Shown here one piece after another: positions 1 through 10,000 of a DNA stretch of 64,000 bases. Under the pieces are notes generated by a model. That model was not told the DNA's origin. It saw nothing but the letters and a program-made list of their open reading frames with translations, and searched no databases. This DNA is from a virus. Every line of letters begins with the position of its first letter. Position 1 is the first letter of the stretch. The position numbers and the translations under genes were made by a program. The stretch is taken from positions 1 through 64,000 of IMG/VR virus record IMGVR_UViG_3300032304_003098, one strand, 5' to 3'.

Positions 1-1
1 A

Positions 2-994
2 GTTCAAAATGTTGCGATAGGAAACGATGCTTTGGGAGCAAACGCTACCAACAGCAACAACGTGGCTGTAGGGCACAATGCGTTGTTGGTGAACACGGCT
101 GACAACAACGTAGCAGTAGGTTCATTAGCTCTAGACGCCAACACGACTGGAACACCTAACGTAGCCATAGGAACTAACGCATTGGGTCTCAACAACACAG
201 GTGCCAACAACGTAGCGGTTGGACATCAGGCCTTGGATGCCAACACAACAGGAAGTGATAATATTGCCATGGGAACTAATTCTCTAGGAGCTAACACAAC
301 TGGTATCAACAATGTGGCAATTGGAACTAGTTCTTTAGTGGCCAATACAACTGGAACAGAGAATACTGCAATTGGTTTTGAAGCTCTTAAAAATTTAAAT
401 GGTGGTACAACAAACGTTTCTGTTGGTGCTGGATCTCTTACTGGAGTTACTACTGGCACAAGAAATACTGCTATTGGTTTTGGAGCCGGTGAAGTTCTTA
501 CGACCGGAACCTCTAACATATACATAGGTCGTAGATCACAAGCTTCCGCGGCAGGAGTAAATAACGAGATAGTTTTAGGTGACAATTTAATTGGAAAGGG
601 TAACAACACCTTTTTTGTTGCTGGATCTGGTGGGGTCTACAATGAAAACGACACCACTACATGGGATACAATTTCTGATCTTAGATTAAAGAAGAATATC
701 GTTGATAATTTTGAGGGTCTTTCAATAGTTAATCAAATCAAGGTTAGAAATTTCGAGTTTAGAACCGCTGAAGAAATCACAGAAGTTCCGCAAGCTTGTG
801 CCATTAAAAAATCTGGATTTCAGATTGGTGTTATAGCCCAGGAATTTCAAACAGTTTTACCCGAGTCTGTGAATGTAACTAGTGATGGAATTTTATCGAT
901 TAACAGCGATAGACTTTTTTGGCACTTGGTTAGAGCTATACAAGAGCTTTCTGCCAGGATTGAAACTTTAGAAAATTCTATTCCTAAAAATTAG
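2..994 (+). CDS. Tail fibre/spike C-terminal part (5'-truncated by the window) with intramolecular chaperone (peptidase S74-like) domain
   Basis: Frame open from the window start; ~14-aa repeats ANTTGxxNVA(I/V)GxxAL; C-terminal SDLRLKKNI...IGVIAQE...LVRAIQELSARIETLE autocleavage chaperone signature. Confidence 0.85.
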   Translation, partial: VQNVAIGNDALGANATNSNNVAVGHNALLVNTADNNVAVGSLALDANTTGTPNVAIGTNALGLNNTGANNVAVGHQALDANTTGSDNIAMGTNSLGANTTGINNVAIGTSSLVANTTGTENTAIGFEALKNLNGGTTNVSVGAGSLTGVTTGTRNTAIGFGAGEVLTTGTSNIYIGRRSQASAAGVNNEIVLGDNLIGKGNNTFFVAGSGGVYNENDTTTWDTISDLRLKKNIVDNFEGLSIVNQIKVRNFEFRTAEEITEVPQACAIKKSGFQIGVIAQEFQTVLPESVNVTSDGILSINSDRLFWHLVRAIQELSARIETLENSIPKN

Positions 995-1015
995 GAAATA
1001 CAATCTAAATCGTCT

Positions 1016-1666
1016 ATGTTGAAAAAAATTATGGTAGGAACTCCATCTTATGATGGGACAGTTACTGTCCACTATGTTGCCTCTTTGGTTGCTGCTACTA
1101 AGGAAGCAGCAAAAAAAAATATTGATTTGGTGCCAGTTTTTCTTTCTTATGACGCCTTAGTACAGAGAGCCAGAAATGAACTCGTAAAACTTGCAGTTGA
1201 GTTCAATGTAGAAAGTCTAATTTTCATAGATCATGATTTGGAATTTAACCCACAATGGGTTGTTGAATTGGCAGAGAGTCAACTTGATGTTATTGGCGGA
1301 ACATATCCCAAAAAAACAGACGAAAAAGAAATTTATCCTATCTCAGCTAGTAATTTAGAATTAAATGGGGATGGATTAATAGAAGTCCAAGGAATTGGTA
1401 CTGGTTTCTTGAAACTGTCAAGAAAGGCCCTTTTAACCTTATGGGAGAAAAGTTCAATCTATTGGAACGAAGGAGCCCAGAATCGAATGGTTTTTGATAT
1501 TGGGATTATTGACGGTAACCTTTATGGAGAAGACAGGATGATGTGTAAAAAATTTACAGATCTAGGTTTTAAAATTTGGCTAAATCCTTCTATGTGCTGT
1601 AAACACATCGGTGTTAAAATCTACGAAAGAAATTTTTTAGATTATCTATCCAGATTGAAAAAATAA
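1016..1666 (+). CDS. GT-A fold (GT2-like) glycosyltransferase
   Basis: GTPSYDG start, RARNELV, FIDHD (DxD), GTGFL, GEDxxxC, HIG motifs. Confidence 0.7.
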   Translation: MLKKIMVGTPSYDGTVTVHYVASLVAATKEAAKKNIDLVPVFLSYDALVQRARNELVKLAVEFNVESLIFIDHDLEFNPQWVVELAESQLDVIGGTYPKKTDEKEIYPISASNLELNGDGLIEVQGIGTGFLKLSRKALLTLWEKSSIYWNEGAQNRMVFDIGIIDGNLYGEDRMMCKKFTDLGFKIWLNPSMCCKHIGVKIYERNFLDYLSRLKK

Positions 1667-1690
1667 TTTATTTCTGGGTTAATTTCCAAA

Positions 1691-1698
1691 GATATATA
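1691..1698 (+). promoter_or_regulatory. Putative late promoter GATATATA
   Basis: Motif recurs just upstream of many structural genes in this window. Confidence 0.6.
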
Positions 1699-1717
1699 AA
1701 AAAATTAATAGAAATCT

Positions 1718-2026
1718 ATGGCCATTCAGATTACAGGTTTATTCAAAAATCCAACCTCGAAATTAATCCACGACTCTCCTCTTTTGAAGATCGGAGCCCA
1801 TTTATCTTATCAAGGAAATTTGCACGTTGACCTTCATGTTGTCTCCGAAGATGGAATTCACCGAGATACCGTGGTTTTTTCAAACGTAGATCGTAGCAAG
1901 TTGGATTATGACATTTCTATTTCGGATTCTTATAACAGTCTTATTCACTCAATAGAAACTTTTGTTATTCCAGAACTACAATCAGCAAATTCGATTAATT
2001 CACAAGCAACGTTTTCTCGCACATGA
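1718..2026 (+). CDS. Hypothetical protein
   Basis: ORF behind a GATATATA motif. Confidence 0.6.
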   Translation: MAIQITGLFKNPTSKLIHDSPLLKIGAHLSYQGNLHVDLHVVSEDGIHRDTVVFSNVDRSKLDYDISISDSYNSLIHSIETFVIPELQSANSINSQATFSRT

Positions 2027-2304
2027 ACAATATAGAAGAAACAGGAAAAGAAGAATATCCAGCCATGATACAGCCAGAAGAATTAAAGAAAATTCAAGAA
2101 TTCGGGAAATCTGGGAATATGTTCTTGGTTGAATTTGGTTCTCTTAAGATAGAAGAAATTAATCTCCAAGAAAGGAAAAAAGAGACGGAAAGAAAATTTT
2201 TGAAATTTAGAGAGGAAGAAAAAAATTTTATGTCTCTAATGGAATATAAATACGGGAATGTCAATTTAGACCTAGAAACTGGTATTTTAACTCCTAGAAA
2301 TTAA
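2023..2304 (+). CDS. Small coiled-coil protein, paralog of 2513..2785
   Basis: Both have PEELxKIQ and a C-terminal KYGxxxLDxxxG. Confidence 0.65.
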   Translation: MNNIEETGKEEYPAMIQPEELKKIQEFGKSGNMFLVEFGSLKIEEINLQERKKETERKFLKFREEEKNFMSLMEYKYGNVNLDLETGILTPRN

Positions 2305-2422
2305 CGAGATTTTAGAAGTTCATCGTAGACCTCTGTCATTTTTTCTCCAGCATTTTTCCATGTAAAAATCTCACAGGTTTTTCTAGCCTATCTGGGACCA
2401 AACTTAAAATTTTAGGTTTCAT
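2301..2422 (-). pseudogene. Remnant of an internally deleted GT4-like glycosyltransferase
   Basis: Minus strand reads MKPKILSLVPD, then out of frame ARKTCEIFTWKNAGEKMTEVYDELLKSR*, resembling a GT-B/GT4 C-terminal helix. Confidence 0.45.
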
Positions 2423-2512
2423 TCTTGAATTTTAGATTGTACAGAAAAAACATAAAAATTCTAAATAACAGGATTGAAATATTTTGATGATTTCGGAGTA
2501 CAAAAAATAAAA

Positions 2513-2785
2513 ATGGAAAATCAAATTAAACTTACCCCTGAAGAATTGGATAAGATTCAAAATTTAAGGGAGGCAGCTCGAAATAACATTCAGCAAATAG
2601 GTCAACTCAATACACAAAAATTCTTTCTTGAAAGAGAGGTAACCACGGTTGGAGAACAAATTCAAAACCTTTATCAAGAGACTCTCCAATTAAACGAAAG
2701 CGAAAAACAACTCGTGGATGAAATCGTTTCCAAATATGGAGAGGGAAAGCTAGATTTCAATTCTGGCGTTTATAGCATTAATTGA
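2513..2785 (+). CDS. Small coiled-coil protein, paralog of 2023..2304 (ATG 2513 preferred over TTG 2474)
   Basis: MENQIKLTPEELDKIQ...KYGEGKLDFNSGVY. Confidence 0.65.
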   Translation: MENQIKLTPEELDKIQNLREAARNNIQQIGQLNTQKFFLEREVTTVGEQIQNLYQETLQLNESEKQLVDEIVSKYGEGKLDFNSGVYSIN

Positions 2786-2844
2786 ATTTTGAATTAAATT
2801 GATTCAAAATTAAAAGATCCAAATTTTTTTAAAATATATAGGTC

Positions 2845-4263
2845 ATGGCTACAGCCCGACCTTTTGCATACAATACTGGATCTGAAATTACAGGAACCGA
2901 ACAAATTGGAGATTTAGCAATTGGATTTCCGACAAACGGTTTTGCATCCACTGAACTCCAGTGGTGGAATGGACCCGACGAGGATTTAGGCTACGTAATT
3001 GCTGCATCTAATCCGGGTGGTACTAGACCTACCCCAGTTCCTGGGTTTTTTGCATCTGTTGGTTTTTTTAGATCTGCTGAAAAAAACGAAAATTCATTTG
3101 TTGCTTTAGCAAATGTTATTCAAAATGGTAGTACAGCTCCGTTTACGACTGGATCTGAGGCTAGAACCTGGCTTAACATAAATGGATATTGGACCTCCTA
3201 TCCGGTAATTGTAAATCAAACATTCGTGAGTATATGGACTACTTCATCATCTAATGAAACGATAGTATTACCCTTGGTATCAAATGGAACTTATAGTTTT
3301 GAAGTTGACTGGGGCGACGGTAACACACAAACTATTACAAGTTATACCCAAAGATCTCACACCTACACCACTGCAGGAAATTACACCATTTCTATTGATG
3401 GCACAATAGAGGGTTGGAATTTCAACACTGTTAATACGTCTAAAGACAAGATAAAATCTATTTTATCGTGGGGGTCTCTGAAATTGAGTAATACTGCAGG
3501 TCAGTTTGCCTATTGTACAAATTTAGACATCAGCAATGTTACTGACACCTTAAATTTAACAGGAATTACAAACTTAGGATTTTGTTTTGCCTTTTGTGAC
3601 AATTTGTACGGCATAGCTAACATAAATTCCTGGGATATGTCTGCAATCACAGACATTGGTTTAATGTTTTATAATTCTCCCAATTTTAATTCTCCAGTTG
3701 GAAATTGGAATACAAGTTCCGTTACATATGCGGCGGCTGTGTTCAGAAATGCTTTACCAGGACAATTCAATCAACCAATCAACAATTGGGATATGGGTGG
3801 GGTGACTGATTTGACCGAGATGTTCGCAAATTGTGTGAATTTTAACCAGGATTTGAGTTCTTGGGATGTTAGTTCTGTAACCAGTCTGTACCAGACATTT
3901 GCCGGGTGTAGTTCTTTCAATCAAGATTTAAGTTCTTGGAATGTTAGTTCTGTTACCAACATGAACACTACCTTTCTTGGCTGTTTTGTTTACAATCAAC
4001 CTTTGAATACATGGAACGTAAGCAGCGTTACAGATATGGGACAAATGTTCAGTGGAGCAAAGAAGTTCAATCAACCTTTAGGCAGCTGGAATGTTTGTTC
4101 GGTATCAAATATGATTTTAATGTTTGAAACAGCAGAAGAATTTGACCAAAATATCTCTGCTTGGACAGTACCATTAATCGGATCAAAACCTTTTTGGTTT
4201 GACGAAAACACTCCGGTCACTTGGACTGGAGGCGAAAAACCTCAATGGGGTGTTCCTTGTTAA
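2845..4263 (+). CDS. PKD-domain plus BspA/DUF285-type leucine-rich repeat protein, possibly a virion adhesin
   Basis: VDWGDG...HTYTTAGNYTISI (PKD); ~25-aa repeats FNQxLxxW(N/D)VSSVTxMxxMF. Confidence 0.8.
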   Translation: MATARPFAYNTGSEITGTEQIGDLAIGFPTNGFASTELQWWNGPDEDLGYVIAASNPGGTRPTPVPGFFASVGFFRSAEKNENSFVALANVIQNGSTAPFTTGSEARTWLNINGYWTSYPVIVNQTFVSIWTTSSSNETIVLPLVSNGTYSFEVDWGDGNTQTITSYTQRSHTYTTAGNYTISIDGTIEGWNFNTVNTSKDKIKSILSWGSLKLSNTAGQFAYCTNLDISNVTDTLNLTGITNLGFCFAFCDNLYGIANINSWDMSAITDIGLMFYNSPNFNSPVGNWNTSSVTYAAAVFRNALPGQFNQPINNWDMGGVTDLTEMFANCVNFNQDLSSWDVSSVTSLYQTFAGCSSFNQDLSSWNVSSVTNMNTTFLGCFVYNQPLNTWNVSSVTDMGQMFSGAKKFNQPLGSWNVCSVSNMILMFETAEEFDQNISAWTVPLIGSKPFWFDENTPVTWTGGEKPQWGVPC

Positions 4264-4280
4264 TAACAAGAACAAAGATT

Positions 4281-4307
4281 GAAATATTTTTGTCTTTAAG
4301 AGTATAA
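4281..4307 (+). promoter_or_regulatory. Putative ECF-type middle promoter GAAAT-N16-GTATAA
   Basis: Matches a bipartite motif recurring in 9 intergenic or leader regions. Confidence 0.45.
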
Positions 4308-4342
4308 ATCAAGATAATTGTCAAAATTAAAATTTACATCAA

Positions 4343-5404
4343 ATGGACTCTTGTGTTGATCTTCTTCGAAAAATAGAATATGATTTAACCCGGAATCTTG
4401 CACTTGTGAAATCAAAAATCCATGAAATTTCTGGGGAAAAACCTAGAATATTGTATATAGCTCCACATTTGTCTACCGGGGGAATGCCGCAATATCTCTG
4501 TAAGTGTATCGAGAAATTATTGCCTGCAGCAGAAATTTACTGTGTTGAGTATAGCAATCTCTCCGATGATTTTGTTGTTCAACGTAACAAAATCCAAAAT
4601 CTTTTGGGTGAAAATTATTTTAGATTAGATGGTGAAGATAAAACAGAATTGCTACAAATCGTCAAGAGAGTTTGTCCAGATGTCATTCACTTTCAAGATT
4701 TTGTAGAATTTTTCGTGGGAGATCAAATTTGCGAAAAAATATTTTCTCCAGACAGACCCTGGTTCATCTTTGAAACTTGTCATTCCTCTAATGTAAAACC
4801 TGATGATAAATTTTGGGCTCCTGACAAGATTGTCATGGTAAATAGGTGGATGGTAGAGGTTTTCAAAAATTCTGGGTTTGAACTCGATGTTTTAGAATAT
4901 CCAATAGAAAATTTTCCAAGAATGGAGAAAGAGCATGCACATACTTTATTGGGTCTTGACCCATCTAAAAAACACGTCATCAATATTGGTTTATTTACCA
5001 GAGGAAAAAATCAAGGAGAACTTTTCGAATATGCCAGACAATTAACGGATCTACCCATAGAATTTCATTTTATAGGCAACCAGGCGATCAATTTTCAAGA
5101 TTATTGGGAACCTTTGATGCAAAATATTCCAAGTAATTGTAAAATATGGGGGGAAAGGCACGACACCGATCTTTTTTATCAGGCCGCTGATTTATTTGTT
5201 TTTAATTCCACCTGGGAATTAAATCCCATCGTCATCAAAGAATCTTTGTCGTGGGGATTGCCCATCATGATGCGGAGACTTCCTTCCTATATGGACGATT
5301 ATGATTCAAATCCACTTGTGCATTATTTTGCCAAAGATTGGCACAAAAAAGACGATGATTACAATGTAATCAAAATTAAAGAAATTTTAGGATTTATCAC
5401 ATGA
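4343..5404 (+). CDS. GT4-family glycosyltransferase
   Basis: HLSTGGMPQY, IGLFTRGKNQ, FYQAADLFVFNSTWELNPIVIKESLSWGLP (E-X7-E). Confidence 0.85.
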   Translation: MDSCVDLLRKIEYDLTRNLALVKSKIHEISGEKPRILYIAPHLSTGGMPQYLCKCIEKLLPAAEIYCVEYSNLSDDFVVQRNKIQNLLGENYFRLDGEDKTELLQIVKRVCPDVIHFQDFVEFFVGDQICEKIFSPDRPWFIFETCHSSNVKPDDKFWAPDKIVMVNRWMVEVFKNSGFELDVLEYPIENFPRMEKEHAHTLLGLDPSKKHVINIGLFTRGKNQGELFEYARQLTDLPIEFHFIGNQAINFQDYWEPLMQNIPSNCKIWGERHDTDLFYQAADLFVFNSTWELNPIVIKESLSWGLPIMMRRLPSYMDDYDSNPLVHYFAKDWHKKDDDYNVIKIKEILGFIT

Positions 5405-6594
5405 ATAAAAGAGGCATAGAGGTTTATAAAAATTTGAAGAAAAATCCTTTGGTTAAAGTACCGGAGAAATTTGATTTTAAATTTAGTTTTGATTATGGTC
5501 CGAAGGTGGATATGATTGGCAATAGTCATCGAATTCACAAAACAATTAAATTCAAAGATCCCACCACCGGAGACTATGTGTACACTGGAGACATGACACC
5601 AGGTCTTTTTACCACTTTGTTCAGAAAATGGTTCACCCCTTGGATTGTTGAAGCCTATGATGGAGATAAATTGGTTTGGGAATTCGATTTCGAAAAGACT
5701 TTACCCAATCAAAAAATTATAATTTCATTTGATAGTAGTTCATTAGGAGACACCCTAGCATGGCTTCCCGTGGTAGAACTATTCAGAGAAAAGTTTTCAG
5801 CCGACGTTTATGTGACAACTTTTTGGAATTCCCTGGTAAGTCACTTTTTTCCAAAATTGAGATTTTTACATCCCGGATTTAGAGACCCAAACATCAAATT
5901 TGTTTTTGGTGTAGGCTGGTATGAAGAAGAAGACGGAAACGTTCACAAGAGAGATCCTAGATCCATTTCTTTACAACAAGTGGCAGGGGATATTCTGGGT
6001 ATAACTTTCGATAAAGACGTTTTACCTCCACAAATTCCGACCTGGCTCCCTGCGTCTTCCCGCCCTATTGAAAAAAAATATGTGTGTATTGGAACAGAAT
6101 CAACGGCTAACGCTAAGCATTGGCATCATCCAGGGGGTTGGCAAATTTTAGTTAACCATTTGAAGTCAATTGGATATGAGGTCATGGTGATTCACAGTCA
6201 ACAGAACACTTTAGAAGGAGTCATAGACCAAACTGGAGAAATTGATATGCTAGACCGTATGATTCAACTGTATCATGCTGATTTCTTTATAGGAATTGGC
6301 TCTGGACTTTCGTGGTTGGCTTGGGCTCTCAGAAAACCTGTGGTGATGATTTCTGGGTTTTCCAGCCCAACCTGCGAATTTTCAACCTCAAATTACCGGG
6401 TGATTAACACTGATGTTTGTCATGGGTGCTTCAACGACGTGAGACACAAATTCGACCGTGGAGATTGGAATTGGTGTCCCAGATTAAAAAATACAGAAAG
6501 AATGTTTGAATGTACCACGAAAATTCATCCCGAACAAGTAATTTTCAAGATTGAACAACTGATCCTAGAGCAAAAATTAATGACTCTGGAATAA
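5401..6594 (+). CDS. Autotransporter-type protein O-heptosyltransferase (Aah/TibC family)
   Basis: SLGDTLAW, FIGIGSGLSWLAWA, VVMISGFS and the iron-finger-like VCHGCFND...FDRGDWNWCP...FECT. Confidence 0.8.
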   Translation: MNKRGIEVYKNLKKNPLVKVPEKFDFKFSFDYGPKVDMIGNSHRIHKTIKFKDPTTGDYVYTGDMTPGLFTTLFRKWFTPWIVEAYDGDKLVWEFDFEKTLPNQKIIISFDSSSLGDTLAWLPVVELFREKFSADVYVTTFWNSLVSHFFPKLRFLHPGFRDPNIKFVFGVGWYEEEDGNVHKRDPRSISLQQVAGDILGITFDKDVLPPQIPTWLPASSRPIEKKYVCIGTESTANAKHWHHPGGWQILVNHLKSIGYEVMVIHSQQNTLEGVIDQTGEIDMLDRMIQLYHADFFIGIGSGLSWLAWALRKPVVMISGFSSPTCEFSTSNYRVINTDVCHGCFNDVRHKFDRGDWNWCPRLKNTERMFECTTKIHPEQVIFKIEQLILEQKLMTLE

Positions 6595-6600
6595 ATTGGT

Positions 6601-6608
6601 GATATATA
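6601..6608 (+). promoter_or_regulatory. Putative late promoter GATATATA
   Basis: Upstream of the neck/terminase operon. Confidence 0.65.
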
Positions 6609-6644
6609 CTCGAAAAGGTTCTCTTTTCGGAATATTCGCCATCC

Positions 6645-9194
6645 ATGTCTCCCTTACCTCCAAACAAAGCTTTATTCACTGGACTTCCCGTCTACAACGG
6701 GAACGGCGAGCAAAAAAACTTGTCTGATCCAAGATATGAATATCAGGATAATTTAGCCAACACCGCTAAAGTTCAAGAAACCAGCACCGATAATCTTTAT
6801 GGGACAACGGGAGCTGCTTTGGCCAGAGCAATTCAAATCGGCTGTAACGGATATCACACTGTTTTAGCTTCGAATGGAACCTATTATTATGCTCCCTGTC
6901 AATCTCAAGAATGGCTGATAGAAAGATTGACCCAATTAGACTCTGCCCTCAATTTTACCTATATTGGCAATTATAGAGTTCTAAGTTACGATCAACCTTT
7001 TTACTATGTAAGTTCTTTTAATGGCTGGATTATTGATGCAGCCAGTGCATTGGAAGGTTATAATGTTGATTTAGATACTGTTGCTGATGCCGAAATCCCA
7101 AACGGAATTACTATTGATTTCAGATATTCCATCGATGGAGAAACCTGGTCTTTATGGGTTAACATGGGTTTTGCTACGACTGGTTTACAAAATTCTTATG
7201 GCTCGGGAGAAAAAGCTGAAATTTTTTCCGTCGATCTGGATCCAAGTAAACCTTTTTATCCCGAATTCAGATTTACTTCTGTTATCATCAATCAAGACGG
7301 CAGTATTGCCTACCAATCAGACGAACCTATTTCTCCAAGTGTGGTGATTGTGAATTTCGAGTTGGATCTAACTTACGATGATGAGATAGCAACTGGACCC
7401 GATAATTTGGTTATTCGCAATCCTGTTCCCCAATGTTCACCTGAACAATCCAATCGTCCTGTCGTTTTCAATGAATGTGGACCTTTCACATTCAATCCCT
7501 ATAACATTAACAAGGCGATTAATCTTTATCGTGATTTAAGTTTAATTGTTAATAAAATGTTTGGTTTTGAAACTAATTATTATTCGGTTCAACCTCAATC
7601 TAGGTCCAAAGATGTGGTCCTGAAGGAATGGACTTTATATGATGTGGTCGAGGAAAGATGTGTGAAAGTCATGGTGCCGCAGAATCAATTTCCTGACAAC
7701 AAACCCAATTACGACCCGTTTGGTATTTCTTTCGAAGAACCCTTTGAAATACACATCGACAAAGTGTATTTTGAAAGTTTTTTTGGTAGAGGATCCCAGC
7801 CCAGAAAAAGAGATATTTTGTATTTTCCTCTTACAAATCGAATTTATGAGATCAATTCAACTTACCTGTTTAGGGATTTCATGTATTCCCCCGTTTACTT
7901 TAAAATCGAGTTGAAGAAATACAACCCTAAATCTAACACGTACTTTAGAGACCCGGCCTACAAAGAAGAGCTGGATGGAATCGCACTAAACTCGCAAAAG
8001 TTATTTGGAGCCGAAACTGAAGCACAGGAAGAATTGATCACCAAACCCCAACAGTATGTCACGACCACGAACGACCGGGGGACCGATCCCACGAGATCGT
8101 ACGTGTACGAGAAACTCCCAATTGTGAATTATGATTTAAACAACAACTGGACAATTGTTTTCAACAATTATTATGATTTATATGATGCTTTCCAGTCTAA
8201 TCCTGAATTTGTCTTTGAGCCAGACAAATATCGCAGTGGCGTGAGATATTTAACCACTCCCAAATTGGATGCGGAGGGAGAAATAGCTTTTACCTGCTGG
8301 TTTTCCATTAAAAATTATGTGAATGAAAATTCACTGACCAAAAAACCCTTTGCTCCCATGCCGATGGTTCAGGAAACAGTGACCCCCACCAGGATTGTCT
8401 ATAACACCTCACCATATAAACATGGACTTTCCCCATGGCTGGGTTTTGCAGAGAATCCTGATGGATATGTTGCTATCAAAGCAAGTCAAAATCAATCGGG
8501 TGGATTTCAGGTCACCTCTGTGATTGATCAATTTAAATTTTCGGTCGCAAACCCGAATTTACCTTTTTCTCTGGATCCTCCTCCTCTCAAAATGCAAAAG
8601 GCTCAAGCCAGAAATTTGATAGCAGGTGATTATCTGGATCCAAACACCGGACCCCAAGGTCTGCGAGTAGATATAATTTATTCTGGTTCCCAGGAACCCA
8701 ACAACACAAACTTTCTCCAGGAGGGAAGCATTCAGATTAATTTGAACGATTTTGTGTTTAATTCCAAACTTCAGTTCGTACCCGAGATCGGAGAATGGTA
8801 CGCTATTGTGGTAAACATTTCGAATAAATACCATCAAATGGGGGTAAACATGTGGAAGATGAGTTACGATGCCAACAACCCACAAGAACAGAGTTCAAAT
8901 CTGATCACGGTCCATGAAGATTTCAGAACTTTATCTCAGACCTATACATTCGACTTACCGAAAGACATCGTGACGAATCCAGCTAGCCCCTTATATGGAA
9001 CTGATAACAATGCCTATCGAATTTATACCTCCCCTGTTTTATTATCTAATATTAGAATTTTCAAATCGATGATAGATATTAATAAACAATCTATTGTGTT
9101 GAATCAAAATGTTGTGAGGGACGCTCAACTTGCCCACATCATCGATAACGCCAAACCAGTTTTAGCCATCCCCAAAATCCCCAGAAAGGGTTAA
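6645..9194 (+). CDS. Extended neck protein (T4 gp14-like core with added N- and C-terminal domains)
   Basis: Central PRKRDILYFPLTNRIYEI resembles the gp14 PxEGDLIYFPL motif; C-terminal LamG/ConA-like features (FTCWF, EWYAIVVN, LSNIRIF). Confidence 0.6.
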   Translation: MSPLPPNKALFTGLPVYNGNGEQKNLSDPRYEYQDNLANTAKVQETSTDNLYGTTGAALARAIQIGCNGYHTVLASNGTYYYAPCQSQEWLIERLTQLDSALNFTYIGNYRVLSYDQPFYYVSSFNGWIIDAASALEGYNVDLDTVADAEIPNGITIDFRYSIDGETWSLWVNMGFATTGLQNSYGSGEKAEIFSVDLDPSKPFYPEFRFTSVIINQDGSIAYQSDEPISPSVVIVNFELDLTYDDEIATGPDNLVIRNPVPQCSPEQSNRPVVFNECGPFTFNPYNINKAINLYRDLSLIVNKMFGFETNYYSVQPQSRSKDVVLKEWTLYDVVEERCVKVMVPQNQFPDNKPNYDPFGISFEEPFEIHIDKVYFESFFGRGSQPRKRDILYFPLTNRIYEINSTYLFRDFMYSPVYFKIELKKYNPKSNTYFRDPAYKEELDGIALNSQKLFGAETEAQEELITKPQQYVTTTNDRGTDPTRSYVYEKLPIVNYDLNNNWTIVFNNYYDLYDAFQSNPEFVFEPDKYRSGVRYLTTPKLDAEGEIAFTCWFSIKNYVNENSLTKKPFAPMPMVQETVTPTRIVYNTSPYKHGLSPWLGFAENPDGYVAIKASQNQSGGFQVTSVIDQFKFSVANPNLPFSLDPPPLKMQKAQARNLIAGDYLDPNTGPQGLRVDIIYSGSQEPNNTNFLQEGSIQINLNDFVFNSKLQFVPEIGEWYAIVVNISNKYHQMGVNMWKMSYDANNPQEQSSNLITVHEDFRTLSQTYTFDLPKDIVTNPASPLYGTDNNAYRIYTSPVLLSNIRIFKSMIDINKQSIVLNQNVVRDAQLAHIIDNAKPVLAIPKIPRKG

Positions 9195-9206
9195 TAAAAT
9201 CAACTT

Positions 9207-9989
9207 ATGCCTAGACGTAAACCCAAGCCAGAGAAGGTTGTCCAAGAAAGAATCAAAGCAAATTTAGATTCCATTTTATTGGAAGAAAATTTGGAAATTG
9301 AATCTTTAACTGTCGATAACCTGCCCCGGATAAAAACTACGGAAGTTCTGGATTTTCAAAACCAAATCCAATCTACCGGCACAGACTCTAAAGATCTTTT
9401 AGAATCTCTGGTAAAATTCTATGTGGATGAAAATTTGATTGATGAATCAGATTTTATTGTTTACAAGAAAAAAATTGATGCGATGAATGTTGCATCTATG
9501 ATGTTACAATTGAAAACAGCCCAACATGCGATCACTAAGCTCGTAGAAGAAATTGATTTAGGAAACACTGCCCCGCGAATGTTCGAAGTTTTAGCCCAAC
9601 TTCAATCTCAAATTATGCAGATGTCCAAAGATCATCAGGCCTATTTAGACAAAACAGAGGCTAGTTATAAAAATTTGAGAAAACAGCTGGAAACAAAAGT
9701 TTCTTCTGGTTCAGTTCCTTTGCAACAAAATCAAAGCCAAGACGGAAGTTTTGAGACGATTAAGAATCCAGAGCAAGGATTTAATTCGGCTTTAAGAGTT
9801 AGAGGAACTAAAAATTTAATGGAGGGTCTTCGTGACATTTTAGGCACAGAGATCCAAGACGTAAAAATCGAGGAAGTCAACGAAAATGCAGTGGTAAACG
9901 CCAGACAAAAAGCAAGTCAAGACGCCAGCAAAAATGTCTATGATAACGGAGAATCGACTTTTGAAATAGACGACGAATTGTTTCAATAA
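9207..9989 (+). CDS. Probable terminase small subunit (gp16-like)
   Basis: PRMFEVLAQL resembles the gp16 PRAYEV motif; directly upstream of the large terminase. Confidence 0.55.
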   Translation: MPRRKPKPEKVVQERIKANLDSILLEENLEIESLTVDNLPRIKTTEVLDFQNQIQSTGTDSKDLLESLVKFYVDENLIDESDFIVYKKKIDAMNVASMMLQLKTAQHAITKLVEEIDLGNTAPRMFEVLAQLQSQIMQMSKDHQAYLDKTEASYKNLRKQLETKVSSGSVPLQQNQSQDGSFETIKNPEQGFNSALRVRGTKNLMEGLRDILGTEIQDVKIEEVNENAVVNARQKASQDASKNVYDNGESTFEIDDELFQ

Positions 9990-10000
9990 AAAGAATTCGA

